A DNA stretch of 64,000 nucleotides from an uncultured Alphaproteobacteria bacterium (GTDB taxonomy: Bacteria > Pseudomonadota > Alphaproteobacteria > Rhizobiales > Xanthobacteraceae), in the NCBI GenBank assembly GCA_963734795.1, contig CAVTIW010000001.1:281863-345862 (forward strand), in the 5' to 3' direction. Positions within the stretch are counted from its first letter, which is position 1. Every line of letters begins with the position of its first letter. Shown one piece after another: positions 1 through 10,829 of the stretch. Made by a program: the position numbers and the translations under genes. The notes beneath the pieces are model-generated. The model had not been told where the DNA came from, searched no databases, and saw nothing but the letters and a program-made list of their open reading frames with translations.

Positions 1-354
1 AAATCGACGTCGTCGGTGTCCTTGGTGCGCGACGGATAGGACTGCGCGCCTTTGAAGCCGCGAAAATTTTCCAGCTTGTCGCGGGTCTGGTGCGCCGAAC
101 AGATACTGGATGGCATGAAACACCGGGCTCGCATGCGGCTTCACCGCGACGCGATCTTGCGGCCTCAGCACCGAAAAATACAGCGCCGACATGATGGTGA
201 CGAGCGACGCCGACGAGGCCTGATGGCCGCCGACCTTCAAGCCGTCGACATTGGGCCGGATGTGGTTGGCGTGATGGATGGTCCACGACGACAGCCACAG
301 CACTTTGCGGGCCAGCGCGGACAGCATTTCAAGGCGTGCGGGCTCGATCGGCAT
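1..354 (-). CDS. Transketolase / pyruvate dehydrogenase E1-like protein, N-terminal part (runs off the window edge)
   Basis: Manual translation from ATG at 354: MPIEPARLEMLSALARKVLWLSSWTIHHANHIRPNVDGLKVGGHQASSASL...KPHASP...GAQSYPSRTKDTDDVDF. GGHxAS, HASP and SYP are motifs of AceE/transketolase-like TPP enzymes. Confidence 0.85.
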   Translation of the reverse strand, partial: MPIEPARLEMLSALARKVLWLSSWTIHHANHIRPNVDGLKVGGHQASSASLVTIMSALYFSVLRPQDRVAVKPHASPVFHAIQYLFGAPDPRQAGKFSRLQRRAVLSVAHQGHRRRRF

Positions 355-490
355 GGCGGCCTCCGGACTCAGGGATGACCTGACGATGTTATCGGGGCTG
401 CAGCGGCTAAAAATCTCAAATTTTCGCGACATACGCCTTTAAATTGGGATAAAATACCACTCAGGAGCCCATTACCCAGAGTTTATCCCA

Positions 491-952
491 ATGCACACGC
501 TTGACGCCATCGACCGCAAAATCCTCAGCCTGCTGCAATCCGACAGCCGCACCACCATGCAGGAACTCGCCGACAAGGTCGGCCTGTCGGTCTCGCCGTG
601 CCATCGCCGCGTCAAGCTGCTGGAAGAGCGCGGCGTGATCACCCGCTATATCGCGACCGTCGACCAGAAATCGCTCGGCCTGCATGTCAGCGTGTTCATC
701 TCGATCAAGCTCGCGCGGCAGAAGGAGGAAGACCTCGATCGCTTTGCCAAAGCGATCTCGAAATGGGACGAGGTGCTGGAGTGCTATCTGATGACCGGCA
801 ACCGCGACTATCTGTTGCGCGTCGTCGCCGCCGACCTGTCGTCCTATGAAGCGTTCCTGAAAAACAAGCTGACCCGGCTCGACGGCATCGCCTCGATCGA
901 GTCGAGCTTTGCATTGAGCCAGGTGAAATATTCGATCGCGCTGCCGGTGTGA
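491..952 (+). CDS. Lrp/AsnC family transcriptional regulator
   Basis: LDAIDRKILSLLQSDSR..ELADKVGLSVSPCHRRVKLLEERGVI HTH; RAM domain ECYLMTGNRDYLLRV; divergent from the E1-like gene. Confidence 0.95.
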   Translation: MHTLDAIDRKILSLLQSDSRTTMQELADKVGLSVSPCHRRVKLLEERGVITRYIATVDQKSLGLHVSVFISIKLARQKEEDLDRFAKAISKWDEVLECYLMTGNRDYLLRVVAADLSSYEAFLKNKLTRLDGIASIESSFALSQVKYSIALPV

Positions 953-977
953 GGGACATCCTATTGTCGAGACGCCG

Positions 978-1092
978 CCCTTCCCCGCTCCCTTGTGGGG
1001 GCTGCGATGCGAAGCATCGCAGACGGGTGAGGGGTTGCGGCCTCTCGTTATGTATCTACCCATCATCCGGCACGGACTTCGCCGCGCCACCG
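978..1092. repeat. Degenerate REP/BIME-like palindromic element
   Basis: CCCTTGTGGGG, hairpin TGCGATGC-GAA-GCATCGCA, then CGGGTGAGGGG, between convergent genes. Confidence 0.5.
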
Positions 1093-2176
1093 TCACCGCC
1101 ACGGCTCGATGATGATCTTGGTGTGATGTTCCGGGTTGGCGAGATCGGCGAACGCTTGACCGACGCCGTCGAGGCCGACGGTCGCGGTCACCAGCGACGC
1201 CGCGTCGACCTGCCCTTCCGCGATCAGCCGCAGCGAATAGGCAAATTCGTCGGGCGTGTAGCCCAGCACATATTGGACGTTGAGCTCCTTCATGATGCCG
1301 AGCATCGGCTCGGAGCGGTCGGTTTCCATGCAGACGCCGACCACCACGATGCGCGCGTCGCGCGGCGCGCCTTCGAACACCTGCTGCAGCAGGCCGGGAA
1401 TGCCGACGCATTCGAAGATCAGCGCGGGTTTGAGGGCCGGCAGCATGGCCTGCAACGGCGGACGCGCGGCTTTCTGCTCCGGCGACATCGCGGCGTGCTC
1501 GACCCAGGTCGCATAAGGCTGCGTGCGCGCGGGATCGACGACGATGTCGGCGCCGAGCCTGAGCGCCAACGCGCGCCGCGCCGGCGAATAGTCCGCGGCG
1601 ACGATCGGGTGCAAGCCCCTTCAGCTTCAGCGCCGCGATCACCGCGAGCCCGACCGGACCGCAGCCGATCACCAGCGGCACCTCGTCGCCGCGCACATTG
1701 GCCTTGGCGACCGCGTGGATGCCGACCGCCAGCGGCTCGGTAAGCGCCGCATGCTCCGATGCAAGCCCGTTCGGCACCTCCAGCAACAGCGGCTCGCTCA
1801 GCAGCATGTGCTCGGCATAGCCGCCGATATTGTCGTTGGAATAGCCGATGGCTTGCGGGCCATCCGGCGTCAGCAGCGCCGGAAGCGAGCACACCCGGGT
1901 ACCGGGCTTCAGCTTGCGCTGCGTGGCCGGGCCGTAGTCAACGATCTCGCAGCAGAATTCGTGGCCGAACACGACATCGCGGGCGAGGTCCATCGGCTTG
2001 CGGCCGCGGAAATGCCGGGAAAGTTCGACCATGCGATGGGCATGCTTGCGCGCATGCAGGTCGGAACCGCAGATGCCGCAGGCCAGCGTCTTGACCAGCA
2101 CCTGCCCGGCGGCCGGCCTCGGGTCCGGCAGTGTGTCGACGATGATTTCGCCGTTCCTGAAAATGGCTGCGCGCAA
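1093..2176 (-). CDS. Zinc-binding (MDR) alcohol dehydrogenase, frameshifted near 1617
   Basis: CGICGSDLH, GHEF and GCGPVG in ORF 461..2176; the C-terminus (FECVG...HTKIIIEPWR) continues in ORF 1093..1614. Confidence 0.88.
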
Positions 2177-2226
2177 GCTACGTCCTCCCGCGGGTCAGTG
2201 ATGGACCGCTCTCATAGCACGGAAGG

Positions 2227-5200
2227 TTACCACGTGTAGCGCACAATGCCCTTGCCGGCGTAGGACGTTGTCACGTTGGAGAACTCGCCTTCAAAGGTGG
2301 CAGCAAGCGAGATTCCGTTCAGCCATTTCATTTCGGCCGACGCCGTGGTCAGCGCCGAATCACGCGCCAGCGCCGCTCCATTGACGACGAAGGATGCGCC
2401 GGGCAGCGTCTGGAACACCGCCTGGATATTGCGGTCGGTGTCAAAATCATGCGCCCAGGCAAAGCGGCCGCGCAGCGTAAGGATCGCGTTCTGCATCGCA
2501 AACGACCTGTCGGTGCGAACGCCGAGTTCCGAACGGGAATCCGTGACATCCTTGGCGGCGTAGTTCAGCGCGAAGGTGCCGGCGCCGGATAGCGCCTGCT
2601 CGGCATAAGACGGCAGATCGAAGGTGGTGAATTGCGCGGCGGCGTAAGGCGTGAGGCCGATGCCGCCCATCCACGGCGTGACAAAACGGTAGCCGCCTTC
2701 GACGCGTCCCGACCAGGCATTGGCGTTGAACTGCGCCTGCAGTTGATCGAAGCCCGCCGCAGTCACGCTGCGATCGGTCGTCACATCCTGCCAGCCATAG
2801 GCCAGCGCAGCTGAAACATAGGCCGCGCCGACATTGTGGCGCACGAACGCGCCGGCCTGGAACAGATCCGAGCGCCCGGAGCCGGAGCCGTTGACGCCGA
2901 AATTGGTGCCGCCGCCTGCCAGCGCAAAACCCGCCAGCGTCGCCGGCGAAATCCGATAGTCCGCGCCGGCGACGAAGCCGAACGCGCGCGCCGTTGACGT
3001 GTTCGATCCCGACGCCGCGTTGCCGTCGGTGCTGCTGCCGCCGCCATAGGCCGCACCCCACACGCTCCAGTGCGGATCGAATAAATCGTTGCGCGCGGCG
3101 TCCGCCTTGGTTGGGAATTTGGCGAAGGCGTCTCGTGCGGCATTCGACTTCGCGGCATAGGCGCTCGCGCTATCGCCTTCCTCGGCGAATGGCGACGCGC
3201 CGCCGGAAGGCGAACCGGCACCACCACGCCCGTCGATGAACGGGTCGGTCAGCAGTCCCAGAAACAGGTTCATCGCATCGAAGGTGGCCTGCTGCGAACC
3301 GGTTGCCAATTCGCCCGAGGCCTGGGTGAGCCCTGCGGGCGCCAGCGTGGCAAACGCCGCCGGGATGCCGCCATTGGCATTGAAGAAATTGTTCAGCACA
3401 GTGCCGACATTGCGCTGGTTGACGTTGAGGCCCGGCGTTGCTCCGAAGTCGAGCGCAAAGTTGAGATAGGCATGGGTCGGGTCGTAGCTCAGCGTGGCAA
3501 CGAGCCCGCCGGAACCGCCGATGACAGCGGCTCCGTCAAAAGCGCCGCTGCGGCCACCGGCGAAAGTCAGGATGCTGTATTGCTTCATGACGGTGCTGCC
3601 GGCCGCGAACGACGCCCCGACGGTGCCGGCCAGCGTGGCCATGCCGATCACATTGGCGAACGTCGAGGTAACGGAGTTGAGCTGCACCAGGTACAGCGCG
3701 CCCGACTGGAACGCGAGGTTGCCGGCCACCGTCATCGAAGAACCCGGCGTGCCGTTACCGGGCAGCAAAATGCCGCCACTGCCGATCGTGGCGGTGCCGA
3801 CAATGCCTGCGCCGGTCAGCGCGCCATTGGCATTCACCGTGGTGAGACTGGACGAAGCTATCGAGCCTTCGACGTCCAGCACGCCGCCGTTCACGGTTGT
3901 CGTGCCGGTATAGGTGTTTGTGCCCGACAGCGTCAGCGTGCCGGTGCCGACCTTCTCCAGCGAGCCTGGACCGGCCGGGAAGCAGCCGCACGGGTTGGAA
4001 TCGGCGACCACGCCGCTGACGGCGGTCGACAGATTATTGCTGCCGACGACGAGCGTGTTGCCCGCGCCGATGTAGTAGATGCCGGAGCCCGCGATCGAGC
4101 CCGCCGCGATCCGGCCGTCGCCGTTCGGGCCGAGGCTGCCCGAGAAGTCAACAAAGCCGGTGCCGATGGTGATGAACTGGGCGTTGCCGCCGGTCGAGTT
4201 GTCGAAGAAAAAGGTGGCGCCGCCACTGTTGGTGGTGATGACCGCATTGCCGGCGGTGGAGAATGCGTTGAAATCGGTTTCGCCGTGGAAATTGTTGATA
4301 ATCGTCGCGTTGCCGGCCGTTGACGTATCGGCGCCACCGGACTGGCCAAAGGCGGTGGAACCGAAGTTATTATTGATGATGGTCGCGGACGCGGCCGATG
4401 CAAGATCGATGAATTCCGCTCCACCATTATTGCGGTTGGTGATATGGGCGGTGCCGGCATTGGTCAGTGCCGCGAAGATGGTCCCGCCATCGTTGTTGGT
4501 GATGGTCGCATTTCCGGCCGTGCTGGTATCCGTGCGGCCCGGAAAACCGAACAGCGTGGTGCCGCCGGTTTTATTGGTGATGTTGCCGCTGCCGGCACTG
4601 CTGGTGTCGAAAAATGCGGTCGATCCGCCATTTTTGTTGACGAGCTTGGCGGTGCCCGCGGTGTTGCTGCCGAAGAACGACGTAAAGCCGCCATCGGTCT
4701 TGATCGACGTGATGCCGCTGGTGTTGGCGTTGACGATGTTGAAGACGCCGTCGTTGATGACAGGGCCGACCATGCTTCCCGTGGTGGCGAGCGTGCCGAG
4801 TTGCAGCGTTCCGCAGGAGCAGATGAAGGTGCCGCCAGTGTAGGTATTGGTGCCGGTGAGGATCACCACGCCACCACCAGATGAATCCAAAATCGTCAGC
4901 TTGCCCGCACCGCTGCCATCCATGATGTTGCCGGAGATCGTCAGCGCGTATCCGTTGGCGTCGATCGCGCTGCCCGCCGCCGTGTTGTTGACCTTGAAGG
5001 TGTTGCCGAATGTGAGGTCCGCCGCGCCGGCCTGAAATTCTCCGTCGGAAAGCGTCACCGTGCCGGTGCCCACCGCGCTGCTGTTGGTCACCTGCACCGT
5101 TCCGAAATCCGCTGATAGTGGTGCCGCCGGAATAGGTGTTGCTGCCCAAAAGCACCAATGTGCTGCTGCCAAGCTGCTGCACCTGGACGCCCGCGACCAA

Positions 5201-5632
5201 TTCTCCGATATTATTGAAAATCGAAATCGTCTGGCCGGAATTGGCGTTGTCGATGATGCCGCCGTTCGTTCCCGCCAGACTGAAATTAACGGCCGCGCCG
5301 CCGATCACAAAGGGCTGCGCGGTCGCGTTGAAGGTCCAGGAATCCGGCGCGACGGGGGCAGCCACAATTACCGAGCTGATTCCTGTGGAATCGAAAATCG
5401 CCGATTGGCCGGCGGCAACCGGCGGCGCGCCGGCGGGCGGATTCGCCCAGTTGGTGCCGAGGTTGTAGTCGCCCGTGTTGGTCGTGCTGCCGAAACCGCC
5501 CCAGGTGAAACTCTGGGCTTGCGCTGGGGTCAGCGACACCGGGCCTGCGACGGCCAGAATCACGCTGGACGTCAGCGCAGCCGCGCTTCGGCGCAGCCGG
5601 CGCTGCACCCGCGATGGCAATCGAAAACGCAA
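2227..5632 (-). CDS. Type Va autotransporter with passenger-associated repeats, frameshifted near 5115
   Basis: Signal peptide ending AQAQ in ORF 4571..5632; G/N/T-rich beta-helix passenger with LEKVGTGTLTLSGTNTYTGTTTVNGG repeats; C-terminal beta-barrel ending YAGKGIVRYTW. Confidence 0.9.
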
Positions 5633-5830
5633 ACCCGCCGCCCCTGTATTCCAGCGCTCTTCGGCGCCACCCCGGCCGCGACGCTAGCACAGTGTTGACC
5701 GGCGGATCCGATGGCCCGCCCAAATCGCCTGATAAAGCGCTGAAAAGCAGGTTTTCCGTTCGAGGTGTTGCTCCCGCGCAACGTTTGCTGCCCGCCCCCG
5801 GCTATTTCAGCGGGTCATTTCGTCCGTGGA

Positions 5831-6791
5831 TCAGGCGTTCGGAGACGGCTCGGCCGGAAGCGCCAAAAGCTGCGAGTGGCGCAGGCGCTCGCGGTGCGCG
5901 GTGTAGAGACCGCTGGCGACGATGAACACCGCGCCGGTCACGGTCCAGACGTCAGGCACTTCGCCGAACATCGATGAAGCCGAGCATGCTGACCCACAGC
6001 AGCTGGGTGTACGAATACGGCGCCAGCACCGAGGCATCGGCATAACGAAAGGCCAGCACGACGATCCACTGTCCCGCCGTCGATGCAATGCCGATCAAGA
6101 TTCCGAACAGGATGTCGTGCCAGCTCGGCGCCACCCAGACCAACGGGACCAGCGCGGACAGAATGCCGATGCCCGCGAGCGACGAATAGGTCATGGTGGT
6201 GATGGCGCGTTCCTTGCCGCTCAACATGCGCGTCATGATCAGGGTGCAGGCCCAGGCCAGCGCCGACACCAGCGGAAAAAACGCCGCCGGATGAAACGCG
6301 CCGGAGCCCGGCCGCAGGATGATCAGCACGCCGATCAAGCCGATCGCGGTCGCAAGCCAGCGGCGCAAGCCGACGCTTTCGCCGAGAAAGAAAATCGACA
6401 GCGCGGTGACGAACAGCGGCGAGACGAAGCTGGTCGCGGATGCTTCCGCGATGGGAAGAAACCGCAGGCCGGAAATGAACAGCAGCGAAGACGCCAGCAG
6501 CGCTGCGCCGCGCACCAATTGCAGGCCGCGGCGGTCCGACGGCAAGGCGTATAGCGGCGACCCCGGCAGCATCGCCGGCACCATGATCAGCGCGAACATC
6601 AGAAACCTGATCCACGCGATCTCGATCGACGGCAGCGTCGCCGACAAATATTTCGCGGTCACGTCCGAGGTGCCGAGAAACACCGTCGATGCCAGGATCA
6701 GCGCAATGCCGCGCAATGGCCGATCGGCGCGCGCGGGCGCGGTGCGGGCGGCCGGCTTTTTCTCGGGCAAAGGCAATGGAGCACTGTCCAG
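5831..6791 (-). CDS. EamA/DMT family transporter, frameshifted near 5970 (start approximate)
   Basis: About 10 TM segments; FLPIAEASATSFVSPLFVTALSIFFLGESVG; C-terminus FGEVPDVWTVTGAVFIVASGLY lies in another frame. Confidence 0.88.
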
Positions 6792-6952
6792 CCTGGCTGC
6801 GCGGATGGCGGGATCACGGCTGAACTCTGACGCGGGAAATGATCGAATCGAGCGAAGGCCCAAGAGAACGATAAAAGACTGGCGCCGACAAGGCCGGAAA
6901 ACAGCAATCGGATATGCGCGATTGCGCGCGGGCGGCCTGCACGCCGCGACCA

Positions 6953-7801
6953 TCACAGCATCGGCAGGCTTCGCGGTTTCGGTCCGCGCGGAAAGGCTTT
7001 GTCGAGGGCCGCGAGTTCGTCATCGCCGAGGGTAAGCTTGCCGGCCGCGGCGTTGTCGGCGGCATGTTCGGAGCGTTGAAGCCTTTGGAATCGCGAACAC
7101 CAAAGGCTTGCGGGTCAGAAAGCTCAAGCGCGACCTGCCGCACCGATGCGCCATGAGCTTCGGCGATCGCCTGCAGCATTTCGCCCGCTTTGCTGCGCGG
7201 CGACGGAAAATCATTGTGACCGAACGGCGAATAGGCGACCACCGCGACGCCGTGCTGCGTGCACCACGGCATCACCGCATGCTCGATCGCGCGCTCTTGC
7301 AGATGATAGAGCACCTGGTTGCAGGCGATCCTGCCCTCGCCGGCAACCGCCAGCAATTCGTCGAGGTCGTCGGCATCGAAATTGCTGACGCCCCAGCTGC
7401 GGATTTTCCCGGCGCCGGCCAGTTGCTCGAACGCCGCGACGGTTTCCGCCAGCGGATACGATCCGCGCCAGTGCAGCAGATAGCAATCGAGCCGGTCGGT
7501 CTTCAGCCGCTTGCAGCGAACGCTCGCAGGCAGTGATGGTGCCGCGCCGCGAGGCGTTGCTCGGCAACACCTTCGAGACCAGGAAGATGTCGTCGCGCCG
7601 GCCGGCGATGGCTTCGGCGACCACCAGTTCGGCGTCGCCATACATTTCGGCGGTGTCGATATGGATCATGCCGAGATCGATGCCGCGGCGCAGGGCGGCG
7701 ACCGCGCCGCTGCGGTCGCCGCGGTCGATATACCAGGTGCCCTGCCCGATCACCGGGACCTGCGGACCGTTGTCGCCGAATTTTTGCTGTCTCACGATCA
7801 C
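6953..7801 (-). CDS. Aldo/keto reductase, several frameshifts
   Basis: [54 protein letters not shown] and AIPKA spread over three frames; ends [13 protein letters not shown]. Confidence 0.88.
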
Positions 7802-7842
7802 CTCGCCACGCCGATGCTAGTCGGCAGGTTACATGGCCTTCC

Positions 7843-7960
7843 CCGTCATTGCGAGCCAATGGGTCGGCGCGTAGCGCCGCCCGATGACAGGCTCCGCGGA
7901 GCAATCCATAGCCACGCAGAAAAGCTGGATTGCTTCGTCGCTTACGCGCCTCGCAATGAC
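7843..7960. repeat. Intergenic inverted-repeat element (CGTCATTGCGAG...CTCGCAATGACG family)
   Basis: Terminal IR CGTCATTGCGAG / CTCGCAATGACG with internal GCAATCCA...TGGATTGC; related copies at 36139, 36779 and 63861. Confidence 0.8.
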
Positions 7961-7964
7961 GAAC

Positions 7965-8866
7965 TCAGAGAACGCTGATATCGGCGACCAGCACCGTGCC
8001 GGTCACCGACTCCGTGATGTAGAGTCGATCGCGGTTGGCGCCGCCGATCGCGACATTGGTGCAGCTCGGTCCGGCGCAGGACTTGATGCGCGCGATCAGC
8101 TCGCCATTGGGCGCAAACACGAACACATGGCCGAGCGAGGCGTGCGCCACAAACAGCCGTCCAGCCTTGTCGATCGTCAACCCATCGGGACCGCTGGTGC
8201 CGAAGGTCGAGCAGAAGCGGCCGACCTTGGCGACGCCGCCGTCTTTCATCAAAGGCACGCGCCACACCGCGTTGTCGCGGGTCATCGCCACGAACAGCAC
8301 GGTCTCGGTGGGATCGAGCACCAGGCCGTTGGGACTGATGCCGGTATCGATCAGGCAGTCGAGCCGTCCGTCGCCGACCAAGCCGATAGACCCGCCCGGT
8401 CGGATCGTGCAGGCCGGTCTGTCCCTGGTCGGTAAAATAGATGTCGCCATTGTCAGGCGATATGCAGATCGTTGCATCCCCTGAAGGATTCGGAATTGCG
8501 CGCCGTCAGCACCGTCTGCATCCGCCCTTTCGCCACATCGAGCTCCATGATGCCGTGCATGTAGTCGGCGACCAAGACGCGACCATCGGGATGAATCTTG
8601 AGACCGTTGGGCCAGCCGTCATATTCCACGACAAGCGACCATGTGCCGTCGGGCGCGATCCGGAAGATGCGTCCGAACGGGATATCGACGATGTAGAGAT
8701 GGCCTGACGCGTCGAACGACGGGCCCTCGATGAAACAGTCGGTCGGCTGGCCCGGCCGGTTGGCGTCGGCCCAATCGGTGCGCACGCCCTTGCGCCTGAA
8801 GTGATCGGGCATCGCCGAAAATACCGTGGTCTCAATCAGCCGTGGCGGGCCGTCCAGATACATCAT
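7965..8866 (-). CDS. SMP-30/gluconolactonase/LRE family protein, two frameshifts near 8375-8455
   Basis: FIEGPSFD, WPNGL, GCNDL, (NGDIYFTDQGQTGLHDPTGRVYRL in the intermediate frame), SPNGL, GPDGL, CTNVAIGG. Confidence 0.88.
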
Positions 8867-8952
8867 CGCGTGGTTTCACCTGTCGAATTTGATCAGGTGC
8901 ACCATAGAAGACATCGTTTGCGTCGTCGATTGACCTTGCGCGCTACTCACGT

Positions 8953-9013
8953 GCGTCTTGAAGGATGAGGCCCATGGTTCGAGACGGCGCAAGAGCGCCC
9001 CTCACCGTGAGGG
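8953..9013. repeat. Partial REP-like element
   Basis: CGTCTTGAAGGATG...TGGTTCGAGACGGCGCAAGAGCGCCCTCACCGTGAGGG, self-complementary. Confidence 0.5.
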
Positions 9014-9600
9014 CTGATGCGAGGTTGGATGCTGGTTGGCCGCGGCCACCCGCCGTTGTTCGCGATCCCCAGCGACGACGGAGATGCCCGCCTGCGCGAT
9101 CAGCCGCTTCATCTCAGGGATGCACGAGCCGCAATTGGTGCCGGCTTTCACCCGCGCACCGATCTCGCTGGCCGTGCCCGCACCTGCCGCGATGGCCGCG
9201 CAAACCGTGCGGCCGACCCCGAAGCAGGCGCAGACCACGGGGCCCGGCGCTGGCCAGCCCGTCGATCGATTTACCCGACAGCAGCATCCGGCGCTGATCG
9301 TCGCTGAGCTTGTTCGCAGCGAACAGGTTCTTGACCGCGTCCCAGTCGCCGGCATCGCGCGCAGGCCCCACGAACGGGCAGGTCTCGATGCGATCTTCGG
9401 CAAACGATGCCGCGCGAAAAACACCGCCGCCGAGATCCCGGTATTCGGCGAGATCGCCGCCGGCGACGGTGCGCAACCATGATTGCCAACCGGCCAGATC
9501 GGCGTTGTCGGCGAGCAGATAGCCGTAGCCGCCGCTGACGGCGACGCGCGCCCCACCGCGCGCGGCGACAATTCCAGTTGCCTCCGCGACAGCACCAGCT
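9002..9600 (-). pseudogene. C-terminal remnant of an assimilatory nitrate reductase catalytic subunit (NasA/NasC-type) with BFD-like [2Fe-2S] domain
   Basis: DDQRRMLLSGK, GPVVCACFGVGR...KAGTNCGSCIPEMKRLIA; no Mo-bisPGD domain upstream; several frameshifts. Confidence 0.75.
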
Positions 9601-9747
9601 ACTCAAACTTCGTGCCAAGCCACCGCAATACAAAGAATTCTTGTACTATAACGAGTTAGCGACCTGACCCAGCGTCGCCTGCAGAGCGCGACCCGCACTC
9701 AAAATTTGCAATTCGCTCATTTGTTGTGCCCGCACAATAAATGAGCG
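9601..9747 (-). promoter_or_regulatory. Putative sigma54 promoter with upstream NtrC-like sites
   Basis: Minus strand TGGCAC-GAAGT-TTGA at 9617..9603 (-24/-12, A instead of C at -12); inverted pair of GC-N11-GC boxes at 9715-9729 and 9732-9746. Confidence 0.55.
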
Positions 9748-9767
9748 GGCAGACCGAACCAGATTTT

Positions 9768-10679
9768 TCAGGCGTCCTCGGTCACCGCCATCATCGGCTT
9801 CGGGGCGGCTCCCTGGCCCGGCTTCATGCGGAAATCGTAGGTCATCAAATGCCAGGGCGCGGCAGCGGGTTTGCCGTCCGGCATCACGGCATCGCTGCGC
9901 TTCTCGATCTTTGAAATCAGGTCTTGCTTGACCCCGAACACCACATCGGAATCGAGGTACTTGTCGCCTTCGATAAAGACGTGGGTGATCAGCGGCTCGT
10001 AACCGTGCGCGTCGACCAGAAAATGCACATGCGCCGGCCGCATCGGATGACGCCGGGTCTGCAGGATCATTTCGCCGACCGGGCCGTCGGTCGGGATCGG
10101 ATAGCTGCACGGCAGGATGGTGCGAAAGAAGAACCGGCCATCGGCATCGGTGACGAACCGCGCCCGCGATGACGGCCCCCGGGTCTCATAGTCGGGCTTT
10201 TGCGAATCGTAATAGCCGTCGTCGTCGGCGTGCCAGACATCCACCGGAACGCCCGCCAGCGGCTTGCCGCCGAGATCGGTAACGCGGCTCTGCACAAACA
10301 TTCGTTCTCCGGTCAGGTCGGGCGAGATATCGGCGCCGTGCGGCATCGGCTTGTGCTCGCCGACATAGAACGGGCCGAGCACGGTGGTCTCGGTGGCGCC
10401 CTCGCGCTCGCGGTGGTTGACAGCGTCGACCAGCATCGAAACCCCGAGCACGTCCGACAGCAGGATGAACTCCTGCCGGCTCGGGGTGCACTTCTGCCCG
10501 GTGCGGGTCAGGAAATCGATCGCGTAACTCCATTCGTCGAAGCTGAGGTCGGTCTTGCGGACATATTCGTGCAGCGACTTCACCAGTTCTTCCAGCAGGA
10601 ACTTGACCCGCGGGTCCGGGGTCTCCTCGAAGCTGCCGATCACGGCGGCGGTCAGTTCGGCGTCGTTGAATTGGGGCAT
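9768..10679 (-). CDS. Intradiol ring-cleavage dioxygenase (hydroxyquinol/catechol 1,2-dioxygenase family)
   Basis: RQEFILLSDVLG, TVLGPFY, DVWHADDDGYY, YPIPTDGPVG, RPAHVHF (Tyr/His iron ligands). Confidence 0.93.
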   Translation of the reverse strand: MPQFNDAELTAAVIGSFEETPDPRVKFLLEELVKSLHEYVRKTDLSFDEWSYAIDFLTRTGQKCTPSRQEFILLSDVLGVSMLVDAVNHREREGATETTVLGPFYVGEHKPMPHGADISPDLTGERMFVQSRVTDLGGKPLAGVPVDVWHADDDGYYDSQKPDYETRGPSSRARFVTDADGRFFFRTILPCSYPIPTDGPVGEMILQTRRHPMRPAHVHFLVDAHGYEPLITHVFIEGDKYLDSDVVFGVKQDLISKIEKRSDAVMPDGKPAAAPWHLMTYDFRMKPGQGAAPKPMMAVTEDA

Positions 10680-10829
10680 GGTTGTTGTCCTGCGGGTTAC
10701 GCGATTGTGAGTGCCAGCCTACACCAATGACCCGGCAAGGGTAAGCGCGTGGCGGTTGGAACATGGCATGGTTTTCGGGTATCAACATTCTATCAACGCT
10801 TGGCCCGAAGCTTACGGAGATCGATCCCG

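Noticed and set aside
461-2176. 571-aa ORF overlapping the Lrp gene
   Set aside because: Only the first ~190 aa are genuine ADH; the rest is out-of-frame read-through after an indel.
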